The notes: generated by a model not told the origin, from the letters alone. Positions 54,025 to 63,935 are shown, counted from the stretch's first letter. The stretch is 64,000 nucleotides of DNA from Thermoanaerobaculia bacterium (GCA_036399915.1 DASWME010000219.1:343-64342), one strand, 5' to 3'. Translations and numbers: made by a program.

Positions 54025-54450
54025 TCAGGGCAGCGGCTCGGGGCCGCAGGTCTCCGGCTGGTTCCGGTAGAGATAGCAGAGCTGGGACGCGATGTCGAAG
54101 TAGACGAACGGATCGTTCGGGGACGTCCGGAAGCCGGCGGTCACCTTCCTCGGCTTGAAGTGGTACTGCGAGGCGTCGGGATACCGCGTCCGTAGCTGCT
54201 TGCAGGCGCGGGCGATCTGCGTCTCCATGCAGATGCGGCAGCCCTGGTTCGTGGTCCTGTCCGGACAGCCCCGGCCGTAGAGGACGAACTGGATCGACGG
54301 GCAGCCCGGCTTCGGCTGGTTCTGACCGTCCAGGCAGTCGACGATCAGGCCGGCTTGGGGGATGCAGTTGATGTTGGGATCCACGTCGTTCGCGGATGCG
54401 AGCGCCGCGAAGCCGAGCACCAGGACGAGCGCCGACAGCATGTTCCTCAT
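54025..54450 (-). CDS. small Cys-rich secreted protein (141 aa, 9 Cys in the mature part), unknown function
   Basis: MRNMLSALVLVLGFAALASA|NDVDPNINCIPQAGLIVDCLDGQNQPKPGCPS...GCRICMETQIARAC.... SD AAGGAGGG lies upstream of ATG 54450. Confidence 0.6.
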   Translation of the reverse strand: MRNMLSALVLVLGFAALASANDVDPNINCIPQAGLIVDCLDGQNQPKPGCPSIQFVLYGRGCPDRTTNQGCRICMETQIARACKQLRTRYPDASQYHFKPRKVTAGFRTSPNDPFVYFDIASQLCYLYRNQPETCGPEPLP

Positions 54451-54501
54451 TTTCACCCTCCTTGAACACAAAAAAGAATGGCTCGGAGCACAGGATATCA
54501 C

Positions 54502-55701
54502 TCAGAACTCGCCCGTTGACCCACCGCCCCCGAACTCTCCCCCGCCGCCGGCGAAGCGCGGCTCGTCGCGCACCGGCCGCGCCTCGGGCGAGAACGACAC
54601 GACGGCGGCTCCGGCTTCGAGGAGCCTCTGGCGTCCGATGTCCTCGAAGAGCGGCTCGGCCGTGAAGCCTGCCCGTTCCCTGGCTGGACCGGAATCGAGA
54701 TAGCGGCGCAGGGCGAAGACCGCGGCCACCAGCGCGGCTCCCGAGACCGTGAGGATCGCCCAGGGCGGCCCGAGGTAGACGTAATAGCGAAGGGTGATCA
54801 GCGAGGCGATGCCCGTCCCCAGGCCGAGGAGGAGGAAGGGGTAGCGCCGGGTCCTGATCCCGACGGCGAGGTAGACCACCGGAACGAGCGCGGTCGCCGC
54901 CGCCGAGAGCCACCACAGGAGGCTGCTCGTCGAGGCTGAGCCAGGATTCCGGCCGAATCTGCCGATCTCCTCGATCAGACCGCTCTCGAAAGATCCGAGA
55001 TGCAGGGCCACGTAGAGGCCAGCCAGGGCCACCCCGAGCGCGGCCTTGCAGGAGCCGCGGTGTGCGGGCGGAAGCCGTGCCGAGTCCGAAAGGCGCACCA
55101 GCAGTGGCGCGGTCACGGCCGGTACGGCGATCCAGAGGACGCGGCCTCCGGGCAGAGCGGCGAGGCAGGCCAGCAGCGCTGCGCTCGCGGCTCCCGCGTA
55201 GAGGGCATAGCCCCAGCGCCACGCCGCCGCGCCGAGGAGCAGGGCCGCGACGAGGAGCAGGACCTTGAACGCGATCTCCTCCGGCAGGTCGAACTTCTCG
55301 AACAGGAGCCAGCCGGAGCCCGCGATCAGGTAACCCAGGGCCGCGAGCGACGTGGCCGCCTCCGTCCCGCCCTGCGACCGCCGGAGGCTCCCTAATTGGA
55401 ACTCCGTGAAAGCCGCCAGCGCGAGTCCGAAGAGGATCGTCGACCATCCTAAGGCGGCGTCCTTCTCCGAAGCCGAGTCGAGGAACAGCAGCCAGAACAG
55501 GCCGAACCCGGCGTTGACGGCGAGGAGGGTGAAGAGGAAGAGCAGGATGCGGAAGACCGGCCCGACGCGGACGCGGTCGTCGGGATAGGTGGCCTCGATC
55601 GCCGACAGGGTTGCATCGTTGATCGCGTCGGCCTTCTTCCACGAGCGGGCGGCGCTGCGGACGGCCGCGCTGCGGTCGGCGCGGGCGGCGTCGGGCTTCA
55701 C
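54502..55701 (-). CDS. polytopic membrane protein (about 400 aa) with Gly-rich C-terminal tail, unknown function
   Basis: GTG 55701 overlaps the upstream stop (GTGA, 55698-55701). About 10 hydrophobic helices. Tail ...FAGGGGEFGGGGSTGEF. The track ORF 54502-56373 is an over-extension. Confidence 0.6.
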   Translation of the reverse strand: MKPDAARADRSAAVRSAARSWKKADAINDATLSAIEATYPDDRVRVGPVFRILLFLFTLLAVNAGFGLFWLLFLDSASEKDAALGWSTILFGLALAAFTEFQLGSLRRSQGGTEAATSLAALGYLIAGSGWLLFEKFDLPEEIAFKVLLLVAALLLGAAAWRWGYALYAGAASAALLACLAALPGGRVLWIAVPAVTAPLLVRLSDSARLPPAHRGSCKAALGVALAGLYVALHLGSFESGLIEEIGRFGRNPGSASTSSLLWWLSAAATALVPVVYLAVGIRTRRYPFLLLGLGTGIASLITLRYYVYLGPPWAILTVSGAALVAAVFALRRYLDSGPARERAGFTAEPLFEDIGRQRLLEAGAAVVSFSPEARPVRDEPRFAGGGGEFGGGGSTGEF

Positions 55702-56657
55702 AAAGGCTCCCTCATCCGCCGCTGGGCGGCGATCAGGACGAACAGCAGCACGAGGGCGCTCGCGAAGAACCAGAGGCAGCCGAAGACCTCGGCACCCGCG
55801 ACCTCCAGGATCAGCCGGCTCAAGGCAGCATAGCCGGCCACCACCCCGAGAGCGAAGAGAGGAAAGCGGCGCAACGAGTACGCTCCCGCGGCCAGGCCCG
55901 CTCCGGTGAGCAGCAGTGCGAACGTCCACCCCTCCCAATTCGTCTCTCCAATCCCCGAAGCCAGACCGCCCAGGACCAGCAGCCACCCCAGGTGGACCGC
56001 CACCGGCTCGAAGTGCGCCTTCCGCCCCGTGCGGGCGAGGACGAGCCCGAGCACCGCGAAGAGGACGCCGCAGCCAACGGCGTTCCAGCGCACCGCATTC
56101 TCCGTGCTGGCCCAGAGGACCGAACCGAAGCGGGCGACCGACACGCCCCGCCAGGCCGCGAAGGTTGCGAGGGCCAGGGAGAAGACGACGCGGGAGTCGA
56201 AGCGGAACGCGGCGAGGGCCGTGAAGAGCGAGACGATCAGCAGATGCCAGGGCCAGTTCGCCCCTAGCGGCGTGAACCGCACCTCGACGTACGCGAGGTC
56301 CGCCGCGGCAAGGAGCAACCCGAGGAGGAGCATGTAGTCGAACGCCAGGTTCGGCGACGCCGCCTCCCGCCACGAGAACGGCGGCGCGACCCGCGCCACC
56401 CAGGCCAGCGCCGCGGCGGCGGCAAGGCCGAGGACGGCGGCGATGGTGACCGGTCCGATGCGTTCGAGGTTCTCCTTGACCAGCAGGCCGACGCCGGCCG
56501 TGACGAGCAGGACGCCCGCGTAGAGGAGCATCCGCAGCTCCCGGTGGACCGAGACCAGCTCGCCGCGGGACACGCGCAGGAAGAGCCGCGCCCTCTCCGG
56601 CGGCAGGGCGCCGGCCTCGACCAGCCTCGGGATCGCGTCAGCGACATCGGGATTCAT
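55698..56657 (-). CDS. polytopic membrane protein (DUF2157-like by recollection)
   Basis: MNPDVADAIPRLVEAGALPPERARLFLRVSRGELVSVHRELRMLLYAGVLLVTAGVGLLV..., then about 9 further TM helices. Confidence 0.6.
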   Translation of the reverse strand: MNPDVADAIPRLVEAGALPPERARLFLRVSRGELVSVHRELRMLLYAGVLLVTAGVGLLVKENLERIGPVTIAAVLGLAAAAALAWVARVAPPFSWREAASPNLAFDYMLLLGLLLAAADLAYVEVRFTPLGANWPWHLLIVSLFTALAAFRFDSRVVFSLALATFAAWRGVSVARFGSVLWASTENAVRWNAVGCGVLFAVLGLVLARTGRKAHFEPVAVHLGWLLVLGGLASGIGETNWEGWTFALLLTGAGLAAGAYSLRRFPLFALGVVAGYAALSRLILEVAGAEVFGCLWFFASALVLLFVLIAAQRRMREPL

Positions 56658-56719
56658 GGCAGCTCCGGTATTTTTATCCTACCCCACGCTGCGCGTATAC
56701 TTGGCGGGAGGCGCCGAAC

Positions 56720-57832
56720 ATGCCCGATCAGGTCTGGTATCTGTTCCAGGACGGTACCCAGCAGGGCCCCATGACCCTGGAGGTGTTGCGCGATCTGGCT
56801 GATCGGGGGAAACTCCGTCCGGACGGCCTCGTCACCCGGGTCGGCATGGCCGACTGGGTGCCGGCGCGCTCGGTTCCCGAACTGTTCCCTCACGAAGCGG
56901 CCGTGCGTCCACCCCTGCCCCCCGGAGTCGGCCCCAAGCGCGACGCGCTGGCGTTCGGCCGCGGCCTCGCCGAGCGGATGCGCCGCACCTTCGGAGACGA
57001 CGCCGTCCAGTCCCTGCCTCACCTACGGGCCGTGCGCGCCCTCCTGGACATCCTGCGGCGCGGCGTCACCGAGAACGGGCTGGCCACCGCCGACCGCATC
57101 GCCCGCCAAGCCGGGCACCTCGCCTACATGGCGGCGGCCGTGGTGCTCGCCCTCGCCTACATGGTCCTCGGCGTCCGGGGCGACAGCTTCAGCCTCTTCT
57201 TCGCCGGACTGCTGGTCCTTCTGCCCGCGGCCGTGATCCTCCACTTCCTCGCCGTCCTCTTCCTGGACGCGGGCCCTTCGCTGCTGCGCAGGTCACCGAG
57301 CGAGTTGTCGTCCCCCGCCGTGCTCGTCTTCTCCTCGCTGGTGTTCCTGGCCGGGGCGCTGTACTGCTTTTTGATGGGACTCTACGGTCTCATCCGGGGT
57401 GGCCCCTTCCTCCTGTTCGGTCTGTGGATGGTCGGCTTCGCCGTGCTCCTCTACGCCTGCGGCCTCGCCCTGCACCCGCAGACCGTCAACGTGACCACGG
57501 GCGTGGACCTCACGGCCGGCGAAGAGGCGCTCGGCATCGGCATGTTCCTCGTCAAGCTGCCGGTCCGGCTCGTCCCGTTCCTGTTCGGCGTGGGCTCGGT
57601 GGTGGGCCTCTGCGCCGCCATCTACCTCCTCTATCTCACCTTCGCGGAAGAGTCCTACTTCGTCAACGACGCGGCCTACCGGACCGCCCGCAACGTCCTG
57701 GGCCTCGCCCTCCTGCCCTTCCTCGCCTACCTCGGCTTCACCCTTTCCTTCCTGCTGGTCGAGGTTCTCCGCGCCATTCTGCGGACGCCGGCCCGCATCG
57801 ACGCCTTGCGGCAGGACGTGAACGGGCGCTAG
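56720..57832 (+). CDS. GYF_2 (DUF4339)-domain protein with polytopic membrane C-terminal region
   Basis: MPDQVWYLFQDGTQQGPMTLEVLRDLADRGKLRPDGLVTRVGMADWVPARSVPELF, then about 6 TM helices. GGGAGG lies before the ATG. Confidence 0.7.
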   Translation: MPDQVWYLFQDGTQQGPMTLEVLRDLADRGKLRPDGLVTRVGMADWVPARSVPELFPHEAAVRPPLPPGVGPKRDALAFGRGLAERMRRTFGDDAVQSLPHLRAVRALLDILRRGVTENGLATADRIARQAGHLAYMAAAVVLALAYMVLGVRGDSFSLFFAGLLVLLPAAVILHFLAVLFLDAGPSLLRRSPSELSSPAVLVFSSLVFLAGALYCFLMGLYGLIRGGPFLLFGLWMVGFAVLLYACGLALHPQTVNVTTGVDLTAGEEALGIGMFLVKLPVRLVPFLFGVGSVVGLCAAIYLLYLTFAEESYFVNDAAYRTARNVLGLALLPFLAYLGFTLSFLLVEVLRAILRTPARIDALRQDVNGR

Positions 57833-58758
57833 CCCCGCACCGCCGGCCGCCGGCCCACCAGCCAGACGCCCAGCAGGATCGCGACGCCGCCAGCCAGGGT
57901 GGCCAGGAGGAGCGGCTCGCCCAGCAGGACCGCCGCGACGGCGACCGCCACCAGCGGCTCGAGGTAGAGGAAGGCTCCCACCTGGGACGCCGGGAGGACG
58001 CGCAGGGCGTCGTACCAGAAGACGTAGGCCAGCCCCGAGCAGGCGATCCCCAGGAAGGCCACGGCACTCCAACCCCGCGCCGACAGGCCGACCACGTCTC
58101 CGAAGCCGGGTCCTGTCAGGAACAGGATGGTGGTGAGCAGCCAGCCGGTCGCCATCACCCAGAACATCATCCCCGCGGACGAGTGGCGCTGAAGCCCCTT
58201 GCGGGAGAGCACCGAGAAGACCGCCCAGTTCGGTGCGCTCAGCAGGATCAGGAAGTCGCCCGGCGTGCCGAACCGCCCGGCGGATACGGCCGAGAAGTCG
58301 CCCCGCGAGACCACCAGCAGCACGCCCAGGGCCGCCACCGCGATGCCGGCCGCGCCCAGCCATCCCAGCCGCTCCCGCAGCACCAGCCAGCCGAGCAGGG
58401 CCATGAAGATGGGCGTCGAGGCGACGATCCAGGCCGTGGTCCCCGCCTGCGCCGTCACCAGACCGTTCGACTGCAGCCACTGGTGGAAGGTGATGCCGAG
58501 GAACCCGAGCCCGGTGAAATAAGCGAGGTCCGAGGCCTTCGGAACGAAGAGCTGCCGGCGGAGGGCCACGATCATCCCCATCACCGCGACCCCCATGGCG
58601 AACCGCAGCCAGACCACCGTGACCGGCTGCACCTCGGGCAGAGCGATCTTGGTGGCGATGAACGAGGCGCCCCACACCACCACGGCGAACAGGGCCTTCG
58701 AAACCGGCACGGCGCGCGAGACCGGCCGGACCGCGGCCACGGCGGAGGACGTTTCCAT
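57829..58758 (-). CDS. DMT-superfamily (EamA-like) transporter
   Basis: 309 aa with 10 TM helices and two EamA-like halves (...FAVVVWGASFIATK..., ...WAVFSVLSRK...). Confidence 0.82.
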   Translation of the reverse strand: METSSAVAAVRPVSRAVPVSKALFAVVVWGASFIATKIALPEVQPVTVVWLRFAMGVAVMGMIVALRRQLFVPKASDLAYFTGLGFLGITFHQWLQSNGLVTAQAGTTAWIVASTPIFMALLGWLVLRERLGWLGAAGIAVAALGVLLVVSRGDFSAVSAGRFGTPGDFLILLSAPNWAVFSVLSRKGLQRHSSAGMMFWVMATGWLLTTILFLTGPGFGDVVGLSARGWSAVAFLGIACSGLAYVFWYDALRVLPASQVGAFLYLEPLVAVAVAAVLLGEPLLLATLAGGVAILLGVWLVGRRPAVRG

Positions 58759-58795
58759 GAGGGGTCCTTTTTAGTATGCCCCGCGACCGCGGGGT

Positions 58796-59791
58796 TCAGA
58801 GATTCAACTCGATCCCCCGCCCCACCGCCAGCGCCTTCGCGTAGACGTGCCGGCCCGCGGCGAGGTCTTCCACCGCGATGCCGAGAGACTTGAAGAGCGT
58901 GACCTCCTGCTCCGAGCAGCGGCCGGGGACCTTTCCCTCCAGCAGCTCACCCAGCTCGCCGAGGATATGATCGTCCGCGACCGCTCCCTCCTTGCGGGCG
59001 AGGAGGAAGTCCCCCGCCTCGGCGAGGGCCGACTCGCGCCGGTCCACGAACAGCCGCGAGCGCGCCACGGCCGCCGCGTCCAGCTCGCGCACGGCCGGCG
59101 TGCAGGCGCCCACGGCGTTGACGTGCGCACCCGGCGAGATCCACTCCCCCTTCAGCACCGGCTCAGTGGCGGCGGTCACGGTGCAGATCAGGTCCGCGCC
59201 CTCGACCGCCTCCTGTGACGAAGGCACGGCTTCCACGGCGAGGCCGAGCCGCCCCTCCTCCCGCTCGGCGAAGCGCCGGGCGCTCTCAGGCCGGCGGCTC
59301 CAGACCCGCACGCGGCGCAGCGGCCGGACCGCCCGCATCGCATCCAGGTGGCTCCGCGCCTGCGTGCCCGAGCCCAGGATCGCCAGGTCCCCCGCGTCCC
59401 TGCAGGCCAGCGCCCGCGTGGCGACCGCGCTGGCCGCGGCGGTGCGGATGGCGGTCACGGCGGTGGCGTCCAGGAGGCAGAGCGGCCTGCCTCGCTCCTG
59501 CTCGAACAGGAGGACCATGCCCTGGTGCGACTCCTCGCCGTGGAGGTGGTTCTCCGGCACCACCGTGAGCACCTTGACGCCCGCCACGGGAGGGCCCCCT
59601 GGAGCGTTCAACATCCCCGGCATCACGCCCAGCAAACCGTGGCGGTCCGGCATCCAGAGGGCGGAGCGCAGCGGCTGGAGAGCCTCGCCCCGGGCCAGGG
59701 CCTGCAGGGCGGCCTCGACCACGTCGACGCACTCCTCCATGGGCAGGAGGGCCTCGATGTCTTGACGGTTCAGGAACAGGAAGGACGCCAT
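58796..59791 (-). CDS. ornithine cyclodeaminase / mu-crystallin family protein
   Basis: MASFLFLNRQDIEALLPMEECVDVVEAALQALARGE...LDATAVTAIRTAAASAVATRALA...LAILGSGTQARSHL...HVNAVGA.... Start trimmed to ATG 59791. Confidence 0.82.
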   Translation of the reverse strand: MASFLFLNRQDIEALLPMEECVDVVEAALQALARGEALQPLRSALWMPDRHGLLGVMPGMLNAPGGPPVAGVKVLTVVPENHLHGEESHQGMVLLFEQERGRPLCLLDATAVTAIRTAAASAVATRALACRDAGDLAILGSGTQARSHLDAMRAVRPLRRVRVWSRRPESARRFAEREEGRLGLAVEAVPSSQEAVEGADLICTVTAATEPVLKGEWISPGAHVNAVGACTPAVRELDAAAVARSRLFVDRRESALAEAGDFLLARKEGAVADDHILGELGELLEGKVPGRCSEQEVTLFKSLGIAVEDLAAGRHVYAKALAVGRGIELNL

Positions 59792-59888
59792 GGTCCAGTC
59801 TTCCACAATGGAGGGCCAGAGTATAACCGTCCGGAGCCGGCCGGCGCCGTTATATCCTTGCTCTGACCACGGCACTCCGGGAGGTCCC

Positions 59889-61355
59889 ATGTCCTTCGTC
59901 TCCGAGTTGGAACCGCGAGCCCTCTGGAAGCACTTCGACGAGATCCTGAAGATCCCGCGCCCCTCCAAGCACGAGGAGCGGGCCCGCCGCTACGTCCTGG
60001 AAGTGGCGGAGCGCAAGGGGCTGCGCCACCGGCAGGACGCGACCGGGAACGCCGTCGTCGAGAAGCCGGCTTCCCCCGGCCGCGAGAGTGCGCCCATCGT
60101 GGTGCTCCAGGGCCACCTCGACATGGTCACGGAGAAGAACTCGGGGACCGTCCACGACTTCGAGCGCGACCCCATCATCCCCCGGCGCGAGGGCGACTGG
60201 GTGAAGGCCACCGGCACCACCCTCGGCGCGGACAACGGCATTGGCGTCTCGGCCATGCTGGCCGTCCTGGAGGCGGACGACCTCGTCCACGGCCCCCTCG
60301 AGCTGCTCTTCACCGTGGACGAGGAGACCGGCCTCAACGGCGTCCTCGCCCTCGATCCCGAGGCCATTGCGCTCCGCGGCCGCCGGCTCCTGAACCTGGA
60401 CTCCGAGGAAGAGGGGACGGTGACCATTGGCTGCGCCGGCGGCTCTGCCAGCCGCCTCACCCTGCCGCTCGAGACCGCCCCGGCGCCGGAGGGGACCGCG
60501 GCCCTGGACGTGAAGCTCTCCGGCCTCAAGGGCGGCCACTCGGGGATGGAGATCCACCTCCAGCGCGGCAACGCCGTGAAGCTGCTGGCCCGCTCCCTCT
60601 TGGCCGCGGCCCAGCAGACGCCCTTCCACCTCGCCTCCTTCGAAGGGGGCAACAAGCACAACGCCCTCCCCCGCGAGGCCGCGGCCAGGATCCTGGTCCC
60701 CGCGGACGCCCGGGACGCCTTCGCCGCCGCCGTCGAGCGCGAGGTGACCGCGATCCGCGACGAGATCCGGACTGTCGACCCCGGCCTCAAGGTCGAGATC
60801 GCCGGTGCCGCCATTCCGGATCGGGTCTGGACGGCTGCGGCGACCCGCAGGGTGCTCGACCTCCTGAACGCCCTCCCCCACGGCGTCTTGGCCATGAGCA
60901 ACGACATCCCCGGCCTCGTGGAGACCAGCCTCAACCTCGCCACCGTGGCCGCCGCCGATGGCCACCTCGCCGCTCTGACGAGCATCCGCAGCTCCGTCGC
61001 CTCCGCCATGCGGGCCACCAAGCGGGGCCTCCGCGCCATCGCCGAGCTGGCCGGCGGCGACGTGAGCGAGACCGAGGGCTACCCCGGCTGGAAGCCGAAC
61101 GTCGACTCCCCGCTCCTCTCCCTCTTCCGCCAGGTCCACCAGAGAGCCGCTGGCACCGACCCCGAGCTGAAAGCCGTCCACGCCGGCCTCGAATGCGGCG
61201 TCCTCGGAGAGAAGTTCCCGGGCATGGACATGATCTCCTTCGGACCCGTCATCGAGGGAGCCCACTCGCCGGACGAGCGGGTGAAGATCGATTCGGTGGG
61301 ACGGTTCTATGAGCTGCTGAGGGCGACGCTGGCGGAGTTGGCAGAAGAGCCCTGA
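59889..61355 (+). CDS. pepD: aminoacyl-histidine dipeptidase (M20C, PepD-like)
   Basis: MSFVSELEPRALWKHFDEILKIPRPSKHEERARRYVLEVAERKGL...VVLQGHLDMV...TTLGADNGIGVSAMLAVLE...EETGLNG...GPVIEGAHSPDERV. Confidence 0.85.
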   Translation: MSFVSELEPRALWKHFDEILKIPRPSKHEERARRYVLEVAERKGLRHRQDATGNAVVEKPASPGRESAPIVVLQGHLDMVTEKNSGTVHDFERDPIIPRREGDWVKATGTTLGADNGIGVSAMLAVLEADDLVHGPLELLFTVDEETGLNGVLALDPEAIALRGRRLLNLDSEEEGTVTIGCAGGSASRLTLPLETAPAPEGTAALDVKLSGLKGGHSGMEIHLQRGNAVKLLARSLLAAAQQTPFHLASFEGGNKHNALPREAAARILVPADARDAFAAAVEREVTAIRDEIRTVDPGLKVEIAGAAIPDRVWTAAATRRVLDLLNALPHGVLAMSNDIPGLVETSLNLATVAAADGHLAALTSIRSSVASAMRATKRGLRAIAELAGGDVSETEGYPGWKPNVDSPLLSLFRQVHQRAAGTDPELKAVHAGLECGVLGEKFPGMDMISFGPVIEGAHSPDERVKIDSVGRFYELLRATLAELAEEP

Positions 61356-61363
61356 AGGGCGCC

Positions 61364-62329
61364 TCACCCCACCCGCACCACGATCTTCCCCCGCACGTGA
61401 CCGGCCTCGCTGAGGTCGTGGGCTTTGCGGATCTCCTCCAGAGCCAAGACCTCCTGAATCTCCGGCCGGAGCCTCCCCTGCTCCGCCAGCCGCGCCAGGA
61501 CGGCGAGGTCCTCGGCCTTCGGCTTGGCCACGATCGTGCGGGCCCGCTTCTTCGGCCCCAGGAGACCGCTCAGCGTCGTAAGCGGGATAGCGATGAACAG
61601 CCGGGCGCTGGCCACCGTGGAGACGTAGATCCCGCCGTCCCGCGCGAGCACTGGCTCGCAATCGCGATAGGAGGAGTTGCCGACGGTGTCGAGGATCACG
61701 TCCCAGGTCTCGTCGCGGCCGGTGAAGTCCTCCTCCTCGTAGTCGATCACCTCATGGGCGCCCAAGCCGCGGACGAACTCGAGGTTCCTCCGGCTGGTCA
61801 CGGCGGTGACGTGCGCCCTGAGGGTGAAGGCGATCTGGACGGCGAGGTGCCCCACCCCGCCGGAGGCGCCGTTGACGAGCACCCTCTCTCCCGCGACCAG
61901 CTCGCCCTTGTCGCGCAGGGCCTGGAGGGCCGTAACCCCCGCCACCGGCAGTGCCGCCGCCTCCTCGAAGGAGAGCGCCTCGGGCGTCGCCGCCAGCGCC
62001 GACTCGCGGGCCAGGGCCAGCTCGGCGTAGGAGCCGCCCTGCGGGCGCGCGTCCACGCCGCCGAAGACCCGATCGCCCGGCTGGAAGCGGGTCACCTCGG
62101 GACCGATCGCCATCACCTCGCCGGACGCGTCGTAGCCGAGCACCCGGGGGAATTTCGCGGGCATGACGAGGCGCATCCTCCCCTTGCGGATCTTCCAGTC
62201 GACGGGGTTCACGCTCGCCGCTCGCACCCGCAGGAGCACCTGCCCGGGACCGGGTGGCCCCGGGTCCGGCAGGTCTCGCACCACCAGCCGGTCGCTGCCG
62301 CCATAGCCGTCGATCGCCGCCGCTCTCAT
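61364..62329 (-). CDS. zinc-type/quinone oxidoreductase of the medium-chain dehydrogenase/reductase (MDR) family
   Basis: MRAAAIDGYGGSDRLVVRDLPDPGPPGPGQVLLRVRAASVNPVDWKIRKG...LGYDASGEV...VLVNGASGGVGHLAVQIA...GKIVVRV. GGAGG lies before ATG 62329. Confidence 0.85.
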   Translation of the reverse strand: MRAAAIDGYGGSDRLVVRDLPDPGPPGPGQVLLRVRAASVNPVDWKIRKGRMRLVMPAKFPRVLGYDASGEVMAIGPEVTRFQPGDRVFGGVDARPQGGSYAELALARESALAATPEALSFEEAAALPVAGVTALQALRDKGELVAGERVLVNGASGGVGHLAVQIAFTLRAHVTAVTSRRNLEFVRGLGAHEVIDYEEEDFTGRDETWDVILDTVGNSSYRDCEPVLARDGGIYVSTVASARLFIAIPLTTLSGLLGPKKRARTIVAKPKAEDLAVLARLAEQGRLRPEIQEVLALEEIRKAHDLSEAGHVRGKIVVRVG

Positions 62330-62393
62330 CGCCGCTCCTCCTCTCCGACCGGCCCCCCCAATCCCTTCCCCCTCTCCTGACGTACAATAAGTC

Positions 62394-63935
62394 ATGAAGT
62401 CTCTCGCAGCTCGCAAGACCCTGTCCTGGGTTCTCGTCGGTGGTCTGCTCGTCTCCACCCTCGGAACGCCCATCGCGGCGGCCACCAGCGCCCGCGACAT
62501 CCTTGGGGTGGCCCACTCCGCCGGCCGGTACAACTTCACCGAGGAGGATTACCTCAACGAGGGGGCAGACCGCATCCTCGAGCTCGGCAGCCGGGTGATC
62601 AAGGTCTTCCTGACTCCCGAGAAGATCCAGGACTTCTACTCCTTCAACTCCGACTGGTCGCCCGCCACCACGGACGTGGTGGAGCTGGCCCAGCGGCCCT
62701 ACTTCCAGAGCCTGTTCGCGAAGCCGTTCTCGACCTTCATCCTGGTGGTCTCTCCCGTCACCGGCTCGCCGCAGTTCCTCGACGGCTTTACCCACAGCGA
62801 GGCGGAAGCGGAGCGCGACCAGATGTACCGGCTGGCGAAATACTTCCTCACCACCTACGCTAACTCGGACAAAACTTTCATCCTGCAGAACTGGGAGGGG
62901 GACCACCTGCTCCGCTACGGCCTGGGTGCGGGCGTCGATCCCAACCCCGTGCGCATCCAGGGGATGATCGACTGGTGGAACGTCCGCCAGGACGGCGTCC
63001 GCCAAGCCCGCCAGGAGGTCGGCGAGCAGGGCGTCGAGGTGCTCCACGCGGCCGAGGTGAACCTCGTCGAGGATGCCATGGCGGGCAAGGTCTCGGCGAC
63101 GAACAACGTCCTTCCGGCCACCGAGTCCGACCTCTACTCCTACTCGAGCTGGGACGTGAAGTTCACTCCCCAGGAGCTGACCCGGGCGCTCGATTACCTG
63201 GCAGCGAAGGCCCCCGACAGCCGCCGCTTCGGCGGGCGCAACATCTACCTGGGCGAGTACGGCATGGGGAAGGACAGCGGCGCGCCCGAGGGGCAGCGGT
63301 ACGAGCGGATCCGCCAGTTGATGGAAGCTGCCCTCGGCTGGGGCGTTCGCTACGCCGTGTACTGGCAGGTCTTCTGCAACGAGCCGCTGCGCCACTACAA
63401 CGGACGGCCCCGGAACAAGGATCTGCGCGGCTTCTGGCTCGTGCGGCCCGATGGCGCGACGACGCCGATGTGGGACACGCTCGGCGGGCAGCTCCGGGCC
63501 GCGCTCCACCGCGCCTCTTTCAGCAGCTTCTCGAACCAATACTTCTCGGTGTCCGCCGACCACTCCGTCAACGCCGTTCCCGGGACCCGCGGCGACGTCT
63601 GGAGGAACTTCACGCTCAAGGACTTGAACGGCGGCTCCCTCGAAGACGGCGACACGGTGACGCTGCAGGCCCACGACGGCCTGTACCTCACCGTCGAGGC
63701 CGGAGCCGGAGGGCGGGTCTTCGCCCGCTCCTCCACCGCCACCAAGCCGGAGCTGTTCACCATTCAGGCGGTCGACGGCAACGGCCACATTCTTCCCGGC
63801 GATGCGGTGGCCTTCCAATCGGTCCGCTCCAGCAAATATCTCAGCACCGAGGCGGGCGGCCGCGGCGCCATCCGCGCTCTGCGCCCGGTGGCGGGGCGGA
63901 CGGAGGTGTTCAAGTACGTGGTACCGGAGGAGTAG
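62394..63935 (+). CDS. secreted two-domain protein: putative clan GH-A-like TIM-barrel glycosidase plus C-terminal fascin-like beta-trefoil
   Basis: Signal peptide MKSLAARKTLSWVLVGGLLVSTLGTPIAAA. FILQNWEGDHLL and NIYLGEYGM resemble acid/base and nucleophile strands. C-terminal ...VTLQAHDGLYLTVEAGAGGRVFARSSTATKPELFTIQAV...VAFQSVRSSKYLSTEAGG...RTEVFKYV. Confidence 0.5.
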   Translation: MKSLAARKTLSWVLVGGLLVSTLGTPIAAATSARDILGVAHSAGRYNFTEEDYLNEGADRILELGSRVIKVFLTPEKIQDFYSFNSDWSPATTDVVELAQRPYFQSLFAKPFSTFILVVSPVTGSPQFLDGFTHSEAEAERDQMYRLAKYFLTTYANSDKTFILQNWEGDHLLRYGLGAGVDPNPVRIQGMIDWWNVRQDGVRQARQEVGEQGVEVLHAAEVNLVEDAMAGKVSATNNVLPATESDLYSYSSWDVKFTPQELTRALDYLAAKAPDSRRFGGRNIYLGEYGMGKDSGAPEGQRYERIRQLMEAALGWGVRYAVYWQVFCNEPLRHYNGRPRNKDLRGFWLVRPDGATTPMWDTLGGQLRAALHRASFSSFSNQYFSVSADHSVNAVPGTRGDVWRNFTLKDLNGGSLEDGDTVTLQAHDGLYLTVEAGAGGRVFARSSTATKPELFTIQAVDGNGHILPGDAVAFQSVRSSKYLSTEAGGRGAIRALRPVAGRTEVFKYVVPEE

